Shown: in pieces, positions 25,788 to 35,218 of the stretch
How positions within the stretch are numbered: position 1 is the stretch's first letter
Layout: each line of letters begins with the position of its first letter
Origin: a virus
Taxonomy: Duplodnaviria; Caudoviricetes
Reading direction: 5' to 3' (one strand)
Length of the DNA stretch: 38,349 bases
IMG/VR virus record: IMGVR_UViG_3300032373_000048
Span: 1-38,349 of that record
Position numbers and translations under genes: made by a program
The notes under the pieces: generated by a model
Database searches by the model: none
Told to the model about the DNA's origin: nothing
The model's input: the letters and a program-made list of their open reading frames with translations, nothing else

Positions 25788-26206
25788 TGGTTCGATTGGC
25801 GCGGCATGAAGATTGGCGGCGTGTTCTGGAATTATTCAAGGCTTGCCATGCGGCGAGCGTTTATGATGACCCGCTGTGTGCCGATAGCTGCGCGGTTCTG
25901 TTCAACGAGGCTGTCAAGGGGCATCAATTAGCCTGTTTTGTTACCCCAGAAGTTGACGGGGCGCTGTTTTTGGCGCTGACGCCTTCCCACTTCAATCTGA
26001 ACACGCTTTACGCCAACGAACTGATGTTTTGGGGCAAGGGTGGCCGGGAATTGGTCAAAGCGGGCGCTGGATGGGCCAAGGCGCGCGGTGCAAGGCGTCT
26101 GCGCATAGCAAGTGAACATCATATCAAAGGCAAGGTCATGGACCGCTGGTATCGCCGTGAGGGGTTTTCCCCTGTCGGGCGAACCTATGCAATGGAATTG
26201 GAGTAA
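25787..26206 (+). CDS. GNAT-fold protein (P22 gp14 position)
   Basis: VRLA...D, GRELV.....WAKARGA, Y.R.GF. Confidence 0.75.
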   Translation: MVRLARHEDWRRVLELFKACHAASVYDDPLCADSCAVLFNEAVKGHQLACFVTPEVDGALFLALTPSHFNLNTLYANELMFWGKGGRELVKAGAGWAKARGARRLRIASEHHIKGKVMDRWYRREGFSPVGRTYAMELE

Positions 26207-26209
26207 CAC

Positions 26210-27307
26210 ATGGGCATTGAAACCATTATCGGCGGGGCGCTTGGTCTTGGCGGGTCTTTGCTATCAAGCCGCAACAATAGCCGCGCGACTGAACAGGCTA
26301 CCAACGCGCAGTTGCAGGGCAATCAGGCATCGCTTGACCTTATGGAGCGGCTTTACAATCAAAACCGTGATGATCTGTCGCCATTCCGTGATTTCGAGTT
26401 GCAACGCACAAACGCGCTAGGCGAGATATTCGGCTTTGATGCTGTTGGCGGCAATGACAATGGCGGGCAAACAGGCGGCGGGCAATTCCCCGGTTTTGGC
26501 GGATACGGTGGCAATACACCGGGCGGTGTTCGTCCCGGCGCACCAGGCGGCGGCAATCGCGATGTAAACCCATTGCAGGATTATACCGGCTTCACAACGG
26601 GCGGCGGCGGTCAATTCGGAAGCCTTGTTCCTGACCCCACCAATCCCGGCGTTGTGACCAATCCCGGCGTTGAAACGCGCAATATCTCCAACCAGCTTGA
26701 AGGCGGTGGGCAGGGTGTGGCCTATAATGGTCAAAACCCCGGCGAGCCTCGCATTGCGGAAGACGTAGCGTCCTACAATCCCGGCACAGGCCCACAAACG
26801 GGCGGCGGCGGGCAATTTGCCACAGGCGGCGGGCCTGCAACGGGTGGTCCCGGTCAGGTTCAACAGGTCGGCGGGTCTGATCTTGGCCCTACTGTCGGCG
26901 CGGGTGTGAACGGCGCGGATCGGTTCAACGATTCACTGTTCAACTCGGTGTTTACCAACAATTTCAACCGTGACCGTGACCGCGTTGATAACAGCCTTGC
27001 CAATTCCGGTCTGTTATTCTCCGGCGCGCGAACGAATGCGATTGAGAACAGCCGCGCGAATAACTTTGGCAACGCGCTTCAGTCCTACCTGAACACGCTG
27101 ATGGGTGCGCCGTCTAGCGGTCCAGCGACCAATGCGGGCGTGAACAACTCCAACCAGTTTGCAGCCAATGGCGCGAATATCAATTCATCGAACGGCAATA
27201 TTCTTGCGAATTCGGCCTATCAGAACGCGGCAAACAACAACAATCTTATAAGCAACTTCACCAATCTTGGCGGGTTTGCTTTGGGCGCTTTTGGCGGGGG
27301 TAAGTAA
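26210..27307 (+). CDS. DNA ejection (pilot) protein 1, gp7-like
   Basis: Hydrophobic Gly-rich N-terminus, A..AQ..., DLSPF, G.LFSGA, Asn/Gly-rich. Confidence 0.75.
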   Translation: MGIETIIGGALGLGGSLLSSRNNSRATEQATNAQLQGNQASLDLMERLYNQNRDDLSPFRDFELQRTNALGEIFGFDAVGGNDNGGQTGGGQFPGFGGYGGNTPGGVRPGAPGGGNRDVNPLQDYTGFTTGGGGQFGSLVPDPTNPGVVTNPGVETRNISNQLEGGGQGVAYNGQNPGEPRIAEDVASYNPGTGPQTGGGGQFATGGGPATGGPGQVQQVGGSDLGPTVGAGVNGADRFNDSLFNSVFTNNFNRDRDRVDNSLANSGLLFSGARTNAIENSRANNFGNALQSYLNTLMGAPSSGPATNAGVNNSNQFAANGANINSSNGNILANSAYQNAANNNNLISNFTNLGGFALGAFGGGK

Positions 27308-28548
27308 TGCCGCAAGACTTTAACGCACTCGCCACACTGCAGGCTTTTCAAGGTGGGCGGGATATGCGCAACCAGCGACAAGCCCAAGAGCAGGCACAAC
27401 AGCAAGCAATGGCCGCGCAAGGCTTGAGCAATACGCGAAACAAAATAGAAACCGCACTTTCATCTGGCGATAGAGAGGGCGCGCAACAATTAGCGCAAGG
27501 CTCTGGCGATGCTGACGTGATGGCGGGTTTTCGCTCGACGATTCAGCAAATGGACGAGCAGCAGCGCGAAACAGGCTTGCGGAACATACGGGCAACCCGC
27601 GCGACCGTTCGCGGTGTCCGCGCCATTCCTGCCGAGCAGCGCCCGCAATGGGTGATGAGCAATGCCCCGACAATCGAAGCTATGGGCCTCAACCCGCAAG
27701 AAGTCGCGCAGATGGACCTGTCAGACGCCAACTTGGCGGCGCTAGAGGAATCACTTGCGGCGCACGATGATGAATTGTACCGCTCGCTGGCTCAACCGCG
27801 CGTTCTTGGCGAGAATGACACGCTTGTAAACGGCATCAACAACAATCAAACGATTGGGGATGCGGGCATTGAAGCGCGCGGGCTTGAAAGTCGCGGGCTT
27901 GATATAGGCCAACAGAACGCCAACACGGCGCGCATTCGTGCTAACCGTCCTGACTCGCCTCTTGTGATGGTTCAAACAGGGGATGGCCCACAGCTTGACC
28001 CCTTCCAAGCGCGCCTAGCAGAAGAAGAAGGCGAGACCTTTGCGGAGTTCTTTACGATAGGCCAAGCAGGGCAGCGAAACTTTGCCACGATTGAACGGCT
28101 TGGGTCTTTGCTGGACAATGTGGAGACAGGCGGGCCAGCCGCCTTCCGTCTTGCAGCCAGCCGCTTGGGTGTCAATCTGGGTGAGGACGCGGGCGATTTG
28201 CAGGCCGCAGAGGCGCTTATAAATCAGCTTATCCCAACGCAACGCGCGCCCGGTTCCGGCCCGATGTCTGATGCGGATTTGGACCTGTTCAGAAACTCAT
28301 TGCCGCGAATTATCAACCAGCCAGGCGGCAACCAAACCATCATGGAAACGCTGCGCGGAATTGCTGAGTATGACATTCATCTTGGCAACATTGCGCGGTC
28401 AGCCGCGTCTGGGGCCATGACACAGGCAGAGGCCCGCGAAGCAGTCAACGCACTGTCCAACCCTTTAGCCGGGATGCGTCAGCAAAACGGGCAAGCGCCC
28501 CGCCTTCGCTACAACGCCAACACTGGTCGCCTTGAACCCATAGAGTAG
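27307..28548 (+). CDS. DNA ejection protein 2, gp20 position
   Basis: Gln/Ala-rich helical protein; PGSGPMSDADL..F..SLP......GN. Confidence 0.7.
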   Translation: MPQDFNALATLQAFQGGRDMRNQRQAQEQAQQQAMAAQGLSNTRNKIETALSSGDREGAQQLAQGSGDADVMAGFRSTIQQMDEQQRETGLRNIRATRATVRGVRAIPAEQRPQWVMSNAPTIEAMGLNPQEVAQMDLSDANLAALEESLAAHDDELYRSLAQPRVLGENDTLVNGINNNQTIGDAGIEARGLESRGLDIGQQNANTARIRANRPDSPLVMVQTGDGPQLDPFQARLAEEEGETFAEFFTIGQAGQRNFATIERLGSLLDNVETGGPAAFRLAASRLGVNLGEDAGDLQAAEALINQLIPTQRAPGSGPMSDADLDLFRNSLPRIINQPGGNQTIMETLRGIAEYDIHLGNIARSAASGAMTQAEAREAVNALSNPLAGMRQQNGQAPRLRYNANTGRLEPIE

Positions 28549-28558
28549 GAGTCCGCAC

Positions 28559-30739
28559 ATGGACCCGATTATTGTTGAAGGCCCAGACGGTCAGGAAATA
28601 GAGTTCCCGACTGGAACTGACGAAGCGACAATCGCGCGCGTCATGCGTCAGCAATACCCACCACAACAAGCCGACACGTCGCGTTTTCCGCCCCTGACTG
28701 TACCGATTGGCGACACGCCAGAGGAAGACGCACAGTTGAGGGCAGAGCGCGATGCGCGCTACCGTGACACGACGCAAGGCCAGTATCCACAGCTTGACGG
28801 CGTTGACCTGTCAGAACTGTCAGACACGGAGCGCCTGCGCCTTAACCGTGAGGGTGTGCCGGTCCCCATGCAGGGGCCGCGTGATCAGGCTTTCAATCAA
28901 GGCGTAACATTCGGCTTCAGTGATGAGATGGGCCGCGCGGTTGATACCGTGTTTCATGGCTCTGAAGAAGCCAATGCGCGCCGCGATTTAGCATTGCAAC
29001 AGCGGCGGCAATTCCAGAACCGCGCGCCTGTTCAATCTGGTGTAGGCGAGGCTGTCGGCGGAGCCCTGACGGGCGGCGCTGTCACTCGCGGCGGCGGTAT
29101 TGCTTTGAATGCGGTTTCCCCGCGCGCAGCAACATCTGTGGCGAACGTGGCAAGAACGCGCCCCCTTGTATCTACGGCGGCGGGCGGTTCGGCAGGCGGG
29201 TCTGTCGCTGGCGCGGGTATGGCTGACGATGGAAGCCGTGCTGAAGGCGCTGCTATTGGCGGGACGCTTGGCCTATTGCTTGGCCCTGCTGTGCGTATTG
29301 GGCTTGGCTTGGCGAGCGGGCCAGCCGGGGCAATCGCGCGGCGGTTTTCAGGCGGTGCAGGTGACGCTGTTGAGGATCAGGCGGCTAGTCCAAACGCGAT
29401 ACGATTTGCAGAGCGCACTGGTGTTGCGCGTGAATTGCGCGCCAACCGTGACGCACTGACGCCTGACGGCGAAACATTCCTGGCTGAACGCTCTGGCCCT
29501 AATGCTCGATCAACGGCGGTGGGTCTTGGCGGGTCTGGGGATGATGCGCAACGTGTCGCAGAGGAAGCTATTTCAGGGCGAAGCGGCGGACGCACTGCAC
29601 GGGTAGAGAGTGCAGCAGGCAGGGCCACACAGTTGGACGATGGCGTTCGCGCTGTTGATTCTCTCATGGATTTAGACGGCGTCCGGGACACGGCCCGCCC
29701 ACTATTCAACCGAGCTGACGAAATGTCTGTGCGCTTGACACCAAAGGCGCGCGATTTGATCCGTGCAATAAATCGGTCTGGCGTTAGCTTTCGCCGCGCT
29801 GATGAACTAGCGGGCGCTGCGGGTGACGGGCGGGTTCAACTGTCGCAGCTTGCGGACGATTCCGGCAACATTCCCGACACGGTACGATTTGGAGATTTGC
29901 GCGCATTGGCGGGGGCCGCAGAAGACGAGGCGTCAGCCGCATTCCGCAACGGTCGGGGGCAGCTTGGCAGGGAATTATCAAACAGGGCGCGCGAACTGCG
30001 GGATATAATGCGCCGTATGCCGACACCTTACAGGGAAGCCTCGCAGATATGGCGAAGCGCGGCCCGTGACGAAGGCGCTTTTACGGCTGGGCAATCTATC
30101 TTTAAACCCGGCGCGCAGGCCGAGCGAGAGTTAAACCGCGCTGTAACATCTGGAACGTCTCAAAGTGAACGCCGCATGTTCCTTGCGGGTATCGCTGACG
30201 CCATAGAGCGGCGCATGGGCGCAGTTTCCGAAAGCGGGAACGCCGCAGCGCCATTAAATCGTGCGAACGTCCGTGACCGTCTGAGGCGGTTCCTTGGCGA
30301 TGACTCAGCTGACGAATTGATGGCCCGTCTGGATTCAGAAATGGACATGAGCCGGTTTGAAAATGTCGTGAACCGCGAGGTCAATGCGGCAACGGATATT
30401 CGGATTGCTGGACGTGAACGGGTGGAGCGCGGACGATCAACCGGACTGCGTGATATTGCTGCTGAATTGATTGAAAACCCGCTTGAGTTTATCCGCCTTC
30501 GTGGCGCGCGTCGCCAGGTTGCGGAGTTCATGAAGCGCGGAGATGACGAGGCTATCGCAGAGGTCGCGCGGGTTCTTTATTCGCAAGGCGATGTAAGTGA
30601 CGAGCCGCTTGTTCGGGCTATCTTGAGAGAAGCAGATCGGCGGGGCATTCAATACGGCGGCGCGGCGTCAGGCGGCGCGGCTGTCGGTCAAGACCGCATT
30701 CAGAACAGAGGCCGGATTGCAGAGGCAACGAGCCAATAA
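28559..30739 (+). CDS. DNA ejection protein 3, gp16 position
   Basis: GPDG..IEFP.GT, QG.TFGFSDE, Gly/Ala-rich TM-like segments. Confidence 0.7.
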   Translation: MDPIIVEGPDGQEIEFPTGTDEATIARVMRQQYPPQQADTSRFPPLTVPIGDTPEEDAQLRAERDARYRDTTQGQYPQLDGVDLSELSDTERLRLNREGVPVPMQGPRDQAFNQGVTFGFSDEMGRAVDTVFHGSEEANARRDLALQQRRQFQNRAPVQSGVGEAVGGALTGGAVTRGGGIALNAVSPRAATSVANVARTRPLVSTAAGGSAGGSVAGAGMADDGSRAEGAAIGGTLGLLLGPAVRIGLGLASGPAGAIARRFSGGAGDAVEDQAASPNAIRFAERTGVARELRANRDALTPDGETFLAERSGPNARSTAVGLGGSGDDAQRVAEEAISGRSGGRTARVESAAGRATQLDDGVRAVDSLMDLDGVRDTARPLFNRADEMSVRLTPKARDLIRAINRSGVSFRRADELAGAAGDGRVQLSQLADDSGNIPDTVRFGDLRALAGAAEDEASAAFRNGRGQLGRELSNRARELRDIMRRMPTPYREASQIWRSAARDEGAFTAGQSIFKPGAQAERELNRAVTSGTSQSERRMFLAGIADAIERRMGAVSESGNAAAPLNRANVRDRLRRFLGDDSADELMARLDSEMDMSRFENVVNREVNAATDIRIAGRERVERGRSTGLRDIAAELIENPLEFIRLRGARRQVAEFMKRGDDEAIAEVARVLYSQGDVSDEPLVRAILREADRRGIQYGGAASGGAAVGQDRIQNRGRIAEATSQ

Positions 30740-30924
30740 ATGCCTTTCGCCATCCAGAATAGACCAAGCCACACAAGAAACCAGTACACCACCAGGATGA
30801 TGCGCCCGATCCAGCGTTGCCCGAAAAACCAAGCGGACAACGTGTCATAATCGCGCGGGTCAAGTGAACTGACAATGCGACCGGATTCCAGAAGCCTTTG
30901 AGGCTGTCGAGTTTGAAACTTCAT
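30700..30924 (-). CDS. Small antisense membrane protein (moron; possible superinfection exclusion)
   Basis: Trp-rich hydrophobic C-terminal half; own promoter; lies where P22 carries sieA. Confidence 0.65.
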   Translation of the reverse strand: MKFQTRQPQRLLESGRIVSSLDPRDYDTLSAWFFGQRWIGRIILVVYWFLVWLGLFWMAKGIYWLVASAIRPLF

Positions 30925-30932
30925 TGGGCGGC

Positions 30933-30960
30933 ATTCTAGCCCATCACGCCGAAAAATCAA
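30933..30960 (-). promoter_or_regulatory. Sigma70-type promoter of the moron gene (probably leaderless)
   Basis: TTGATT-N16-TAGAAT, ATG 8 nt downstream. Confidence 0.6.
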
Positions 30961-30969
30961 AATCACCAT

Positions 30970-30997
30970 GCCCTGCTGTCTCTCAGCGGGGCTTTTT
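30970..30997 (+). terminator. Intrinsic terminator
   Basis: gccctgctg-tctct-cagcggggc then ttttt. Confidence 0.7.
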
Positions 30998-31014
30998 ACG
31001 TTGGAGCAAGCTAA

Positions 31015-33648
31015 ATGGCTGCGACATTCCCATTCTTCAATCGCATCACTGACACCAACGGCGATCCGCTGTCTGGCGCGTTGCTTTATTGCTACGCTGA
31101 AGGCACGACGACACCGCTGGCGGTCTATTCAGATGAGGCGCTGACGACACCCCATGCCAACCCGGTTGTTGCTGATGGCGATGGCTTGTTTGCGCCCATT
31201 TACCTGCAAGCCTTGGCATACAAGTTTGTTGCCAAGACATCGGCAGGCGTCACGCTCTGGACACTCGATAATTACAATCCAGACGGCGGCACGGTCACGC
31301 TTGGTGATTTGACTGATAGCCTGTTGCGTATTGTCGATGATGGCGACACGAGCAAGAAAGCCGCGTTTCAGGCAAGTGGTATCACTACCGCAACCACGCG
31401 CACATTCACATTCCCGGACTATGACGGCACGTTTGCCACGCAGGCCGGGACAGAAACGCTCACCAACAAAACGATTGATAGCGCCAGTAACACAATCACG
31501 CTTGACCTGTCGGAAGGCACGCTGGCTGGCACGCTGGCTGAATTTAATACGGCGATGTCAGACGGTAGTTTCGTGTCCCTTGCGGGCTCTGAAACCCTGA
31601 CCAACAAGACCTTGACAAGCCCCACGATTGACCTGTCAACGGTTACGTCTTCGGGCGACCTTGCGGTAGCCGACGGTGGCACAGGGGCTTCAACAGCCGC
31701 CACCGCGAGAACCAATCTCAACATTGTGCAAGGCATAACCCCAGAGGATTACGGCGCTGTCGGTGATAGCAACGGCACAGCAAGCAACGGCACGGATGAT
31801 ACAACTGCTTTCCAGAATGCGCTTGCGGCGGCGGGGGCATTAGGGGAACCCCTTGTTCTCACGCCCGGTAAAATATACCGGCTGACGTCCGAGGTGGTCA
31901 TTCGCCATTCTTATTCAGGCATTGTCGCGCCCTATTATCGCGCGGCCACTTTGTTTTTTGACCACACCGGCAACGGCATCAAGGTTGGAGACAATGACGG
32001 AACCGCCGTTGTTCACGATACGGTGCTAAGTGACTTCATAGAGAGTCAATTGTCGGGTAGCGGTTTCGCAATCTACCAATATCATTCGCGCAATATCGAG
32101 TGCTTCGGTCTTACCGGGACGGTTCGCAACATCGCCAAGCTGGGAACGGCGGCTGTAGCCATAACGGGCGCAGTGGATAACGGCTCCGGCCTTATTCGGA
32201 TCACGGCGACGGGCCACGGCTTTGCGACCGGCATGACCGTTATGACGAATTATGTTGGCGGCGTCACCGGAGCGGGCGCTGAGGCGGTTGTCACCGTCAT
32301 CGACGCCAACACCTACGATATTCAGGGCTCCACCTTTGGGGGAACTTACACAAGCAGCGGCTTTGCTGCCCCCAAGGCTTACTGGTTCGTTCAGCGGGAT
32401 TGCAATCTGGTTTCAATGGACACGACCGGCATTCAAGTCAATTCTCACGCCGGGTCCATTGCTGGTTACAATAGCGCGACCGAGGGCCGGAATTCAACGG
32501 GCAGTTTGCCGACATCTGGAACCAAGGGACTGCACTTTGTCAGGGCTGCGACCGCCTACGCCCGCGTTGACTATGTTCAGGGCGTCAACTGGACGATCAG
32601 TGGTTATGACGAACAAATCGTTCAGGACAATACTCGTGTCGTGTCGATGCACTTCTCTGGCGGCATTTTCGATTGGTGTAGAAGTTGGGTTGCCAATTTT
32701 AAAAACGATAACCCCGATCAGACGGGTGGCGGCTGCGATGACATTAAGTTCCTTGGTACGCGCTGTGGTCTGAACGGTGGTTCGCAGACGGGAGGCTTCC
32801 GGTTCGATTGCTCAGCCGTGTCAATGGTCGGCGTTCAAATAGATAACTTCAACGGCACGTTCTACGAGGACGGAATTGAAATCATTGGCGGCGCGTCCAC
32901 GTATCTGGACGAATACCAGTTTACTAATATGTATTTCGACCTTCGCGCTTCGTCGGGAACCTATGACGGTATCAATGTTTCGACGCGGATAGGGTCGGGG
33001 ATTATTGATGATTTTCTCATTGTCAGCGCGGCGGGTGTCCGCGATGGCGTTCGTGTGGAGTCTGGAACGGCTATGGCTAACGGTGAGTTGGTTGTCGGAC
33101 AAGTTCTGCCAACCGGCAGCTATACCGGATCGCCCATAACAGACACACCAGGCATTGCGACCAAAAAAGGCGGCGGCGTAGCTGGGACCAAAACCCAACG
33201 CGTCCTTGTTGTCATGCACAATAATGGCGGCACTCTGCGCCACAAAATCACATCCGTCAGTGATGAAAGTGTGGCCGCCCCGGCTTCGGTAAGTGACTTA
33301 ATTAACGGGGCGAGCAGTTCTTTTACCAACACAGCTACCGGGACTAACTCGTCCACTGCGTTCACGGCTGGCCTAAAAGTCGACTCGACACGCAACGGCG
33401 CGCTGATTTTCGACACACCGGCGCAAATCAATGGGCGGCTGACTGGTCAGGCTGTTCCCACGTTCAACAACAGCACGACAGACATTAACATTCAGATCAA
33501 CGAAAAAAATAGTGATGTTAATGGCACGACGCGGCGTCGTCTTTACTTGGTGTTTGCAGATGCAACAGCCGGGACGGACATTGATTGGACCGCGTTCCCG
33601 ACCAACAAATACTTCTATTTTATTCTTGACGTTGATCTGTGTGAGTAG
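31015..33648 (+). CDS. Tailspike / receptor-binding protein with beta-helix depolymerase-like domain
   Basis: N-terminal D.NG.PL.G..LY.Y..GTTTP...NPVV.D head-binding motif; TLTNKT repeats; DYGAVGD...DDT.AFQ.A (pectate lyase 3-like start). Confidence 0.88.
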   Translation: MAATFPFFNRITDTNGDPLSGALLYCYAEGTTTPLAVYSDEALTTPHANPVVADGDGLFAPIYLQALAYKFVAKTSAGVTLWTLDNYNPDGGTVTLGDLTDSLLRIVDDGDTSKKAAFQASGITTATTRTFTFPDYDGTFATQAGTETLTNKTIDSASNTITLDLSEGTLAGTLAEFNTAMSDGSFVSLAGSETLTNKTLTSPTIDLSTVTSSGDLAVADGGTGASTAATARTNLNIVQGITPEDYGAVGDSNGTASNGTDDTTAFQNALAAAGALGEPLVLTPGKIYRLTSEVVIRHSYSGIVAPYYRAATLFFDHTGNGIKVGDNDGTAVVHDTVLSDFIESQLSGSGFAIYQYHSRNIECFGLTGTVRNIAKLGTAAVAITGAVDNGSGLIRITATGHGFATGMTVMTNYVGGVTGAGAEAVVTVIDANTYDIQGSTFGGTYTSSGFAAPKAYWFVQRDCNLVSMDTTGIQVNSHAGSIAGYNSATEGRNSTGSLPTSGTKGLHFVRAATAYARVDYVQGVNWTISGYDEQIVQDNTRVVSMHFSGGIFDWCRSWVANFKNDNPDQTGGGCDDIKFLGTRCGLNGGSQTGGFRFDCSAVSMVGVQIDNFNGTFYEDGIEIIGGASTYLDEYQFTNMYFDLRASSGTYDGINVSTRIGSGIIDDFLIVSAAGVRDGVRVESGTAMANGELVVGQVLPTGSYTGSPITDTPGIATKKGGGVAGTKTQRVLVVMHNNGGTLRHKITSVSDESVAAPASVSDLINGASSSFTNTATGTNSSTAFTAGLKVDSTRNGALIFDTPAQINGRLTGQAVPTFNNSTTDINIQINEKNSDVNGTTRRRLYLVFADATAGTDIDWTAFPTNKYFYFILDVDLCE

Positions 33649-33654
33649 GGGAAG

Positions 33655-34068
33655 ATGACCGACACCCTACGATTTCGACACTGGCGCGATGTTCGCCCTG
33701 ACCAATGGCCTCTGACATTCTTCTCACCAGAGGAAGTGTCAGACAGTCGTGACGGGTCAATCGTTCTGCACAAGTCGTTTGGGCTTCGCCTGGACGAAAT
33801 GCGCCGTGACTTCGGCTCTCCGATCCGCGTCAATTCTTGGTATCGCACGCCGGAACATGACCGTTCGATTGGCGGTAAGGGCAATCATTCGGGCGGCTGG
33901 GCGGCTGACATCGCACCGGCAAACGGTGATTGGTACGGGCTTATCGCTCTGGCCTTTGAGTTCCGCTTCCTTGGTGTTGGCGTGAATAAACCCTCTTTCA
34001 TTCACCTTGACGATAATCACGACTATGAGCGGTCGGGTAAGCGTCCAGCTTTTTGGCAGTATTCATAA
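33655..34068 (+). CDS. Endolysin, peptidase M15 family Zn peptidase
   Basis: LD.MR..FG.PI.VNS.YR...H...IGG..NH..G.AADI, FIHLD. Confidence 0.9.
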   Translation: MTDTLRFRHWRDVRPDQWPLTFFSPEEVSDSRDGSIVLHKSFGLRLDEMRRDFGSPIRVNSWYRTPEHDRSIGGKGNHSGGWAADIAPANGDWYGLIALAFEFRFLGVGVNKPSFIHLDDNHDYERSGKRPAFWQYS

Positions 34069-34586
34069 TGCGCCCCGCGACACTCGCCGCCATCAACAAT
34101 GCGTCTCTGGTCGGTTTTGCAGAGGTCGCCCGCGACGGGACATTTATTTGCGTCAATGAGACGTTTGCGGCGCTAGTGGAGTTCAGCCGCTTTGAGATGG
34201 AAGGTTTGATGACCTTCCAGAAAATCACACACCGAGCGGACTTGGATGCTGATGTCGGGCAGTCCGCACAAGTCGCGGCGGGCGAAATCCCTGGCTACAC
34301 AATCAACAAGAGATACATCACAAAGCTTGACAATATCGTGTGGGTTAAGCTGCGCGTTGTCGGCGTCTTTGATGGTGAAACCTTCTCGCACTTTGCAGTC
34401 CAAGCAAAACCCGTGATGCGGTTCCAATCGCCGGGTGTCTCGCCTGACGCCGTGCGTCCGATTTCGTTTAAACCTTTCACATGGCTCAAGGCGAACTGGC
34501 AGATATTCACGGCTGGCACACTGGCTTGCGGAATGATTATCGCTGAAGTCATCCGGCAGATTTCTCGCGGTGGCCCTCATGGATAA
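34068..34586 (+). CDS. PAS-domain protein with C-terminal transmembrane helix
   Basis: GFAEVARDGTFICVNETFAALV.FS..E...MTFQKITH.ADL..D.......GEI.GY...KRYI.K....VWV.L.V matches the PAS/PAC pattern; WQIFTAGTLACGMIIAEVI TM; TAATG overlap with the endolysin. Confidence 0.85.
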   Translation: MRPATLAAINNASLVGFAEVARDGTFICVNETFAALVEFSRFEMEGLMTFQKITHRADLDADVGQSAQVAAGEIPGYTINKRYITKLDNIVWVKLRVVGVFDGETFSHFAVQAKPVMRFQSPGVSPDAVRPISFKPFTWLKANWQIFTAGTLACGMIIAEVIRQISRGGPHG

Positions 34587-34884
34587 CAGTGACCGTTTCC
34601 CCCTTGATATTCCAGAACTGCAACCACACAAGCGAGATGTGTTCTGGCTTCGCATGATAATTATAGGCGCGGCTGCTGCGATGTTTATGATCCACACGCT
34701 TGGCCTTCTCTACCACATACAGGGGCAAGTCGCAGCGATGACCTACGCCCCCGGTAATTGGAGCCGAATAGATCACGCCAACTGGTGCGCGCGGGCGGAG
34801 CGGGACAATCCCGGCTTTGAATGCCCGACACCGTACACTGACGAGATGATGGGAGGGGTCGCCCGTGCGCCAATCGACTACTGA
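34579..34884 (+). CDS. Single-TM protein with C-terminal two-Cys domain
   Basis: TM FWLRMIIIGAAAAMFMIHTLGLL; WC..........FEC; overlaps the PAS gene. Confidence 0.65.
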   Translation: MDNSDRFPLDIPELQPHKRDVFWLRMIIIGAAAAMFMIHTLGLLYHIQGQVAAMTYAPGNWSRIDHANWCARAERDNPGFECPTPYTDEMMGGVARAPIDY

Positions 34885-35095
34885 ACAACACTGGTATTGG
34901 CGTCTGCCGCGTCCAACAATGATGTGGTCAGCGGTCGCCTTGCCGTTTCTGGCTGTCACTGTAAACGCGACATGGCCGGTTGTATTATTAGCTGTTGGCT
35001 ACCCAACTTTGCTTTATTTCATGCGTGGTGGTATTGATAAAGGCTGGATAGAGCGAGTTGTTTCAATCTGGAAAGGCCGGAGCAATGCAGCATAG
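34865..35095 (+). CDS. Putative holin (resembles GTA 3TM-holin family)
   Basis: GGAGG RBS, W...RP.MMW, two hydrophobic segments, Y..R...DK, basic C-terminus. Confidence 0.6.
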   Translation: MRQSTTEQHWYWRLPRPTMMWSAVALPFLAVTVNATWPVVLLAVGYPTLLYFMRGGIDKGWIERVVSIWKGRSNAA

Positions 35096-35099
35096 GACC

Positions 35100-35178
35100 A
35101 GAAACAAGCGAGCCTCGGCTGGGCGGCAACCCAAGGCCGAGGCTCTCACGACCATCCCCTCATCAAAAGGAAATCGCA
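35100..35178 (-). ncRNA. Predicted antisense small RNA in the holin-spanin gap
   Basis: Minus-strand TTGACT-N18-TATGTT (35213-35184) and strong hairpin 35110-35145 followed by gcttgtttct. Confidence 0.45.
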
Positions 35179-35218
35179 TGGACAACATACATCGCAAGCG
35201 GAGAGAAAGTCAAGAACG

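Noticed and set aside
15722-30652. Many minus-strand ORFs of 60-230 aa within the structural module
   Set aside because: Shadow frames of well-supported plus-strand genes in GC-rich DNA, with no motifs
34068-34586. LOV photoreceptor or LuxR/VqmA-type quorum-sensing receptor
   Set aside because: No GxNCRFLQ motif and no DNA-binding domain; only PAS plus TM is supported
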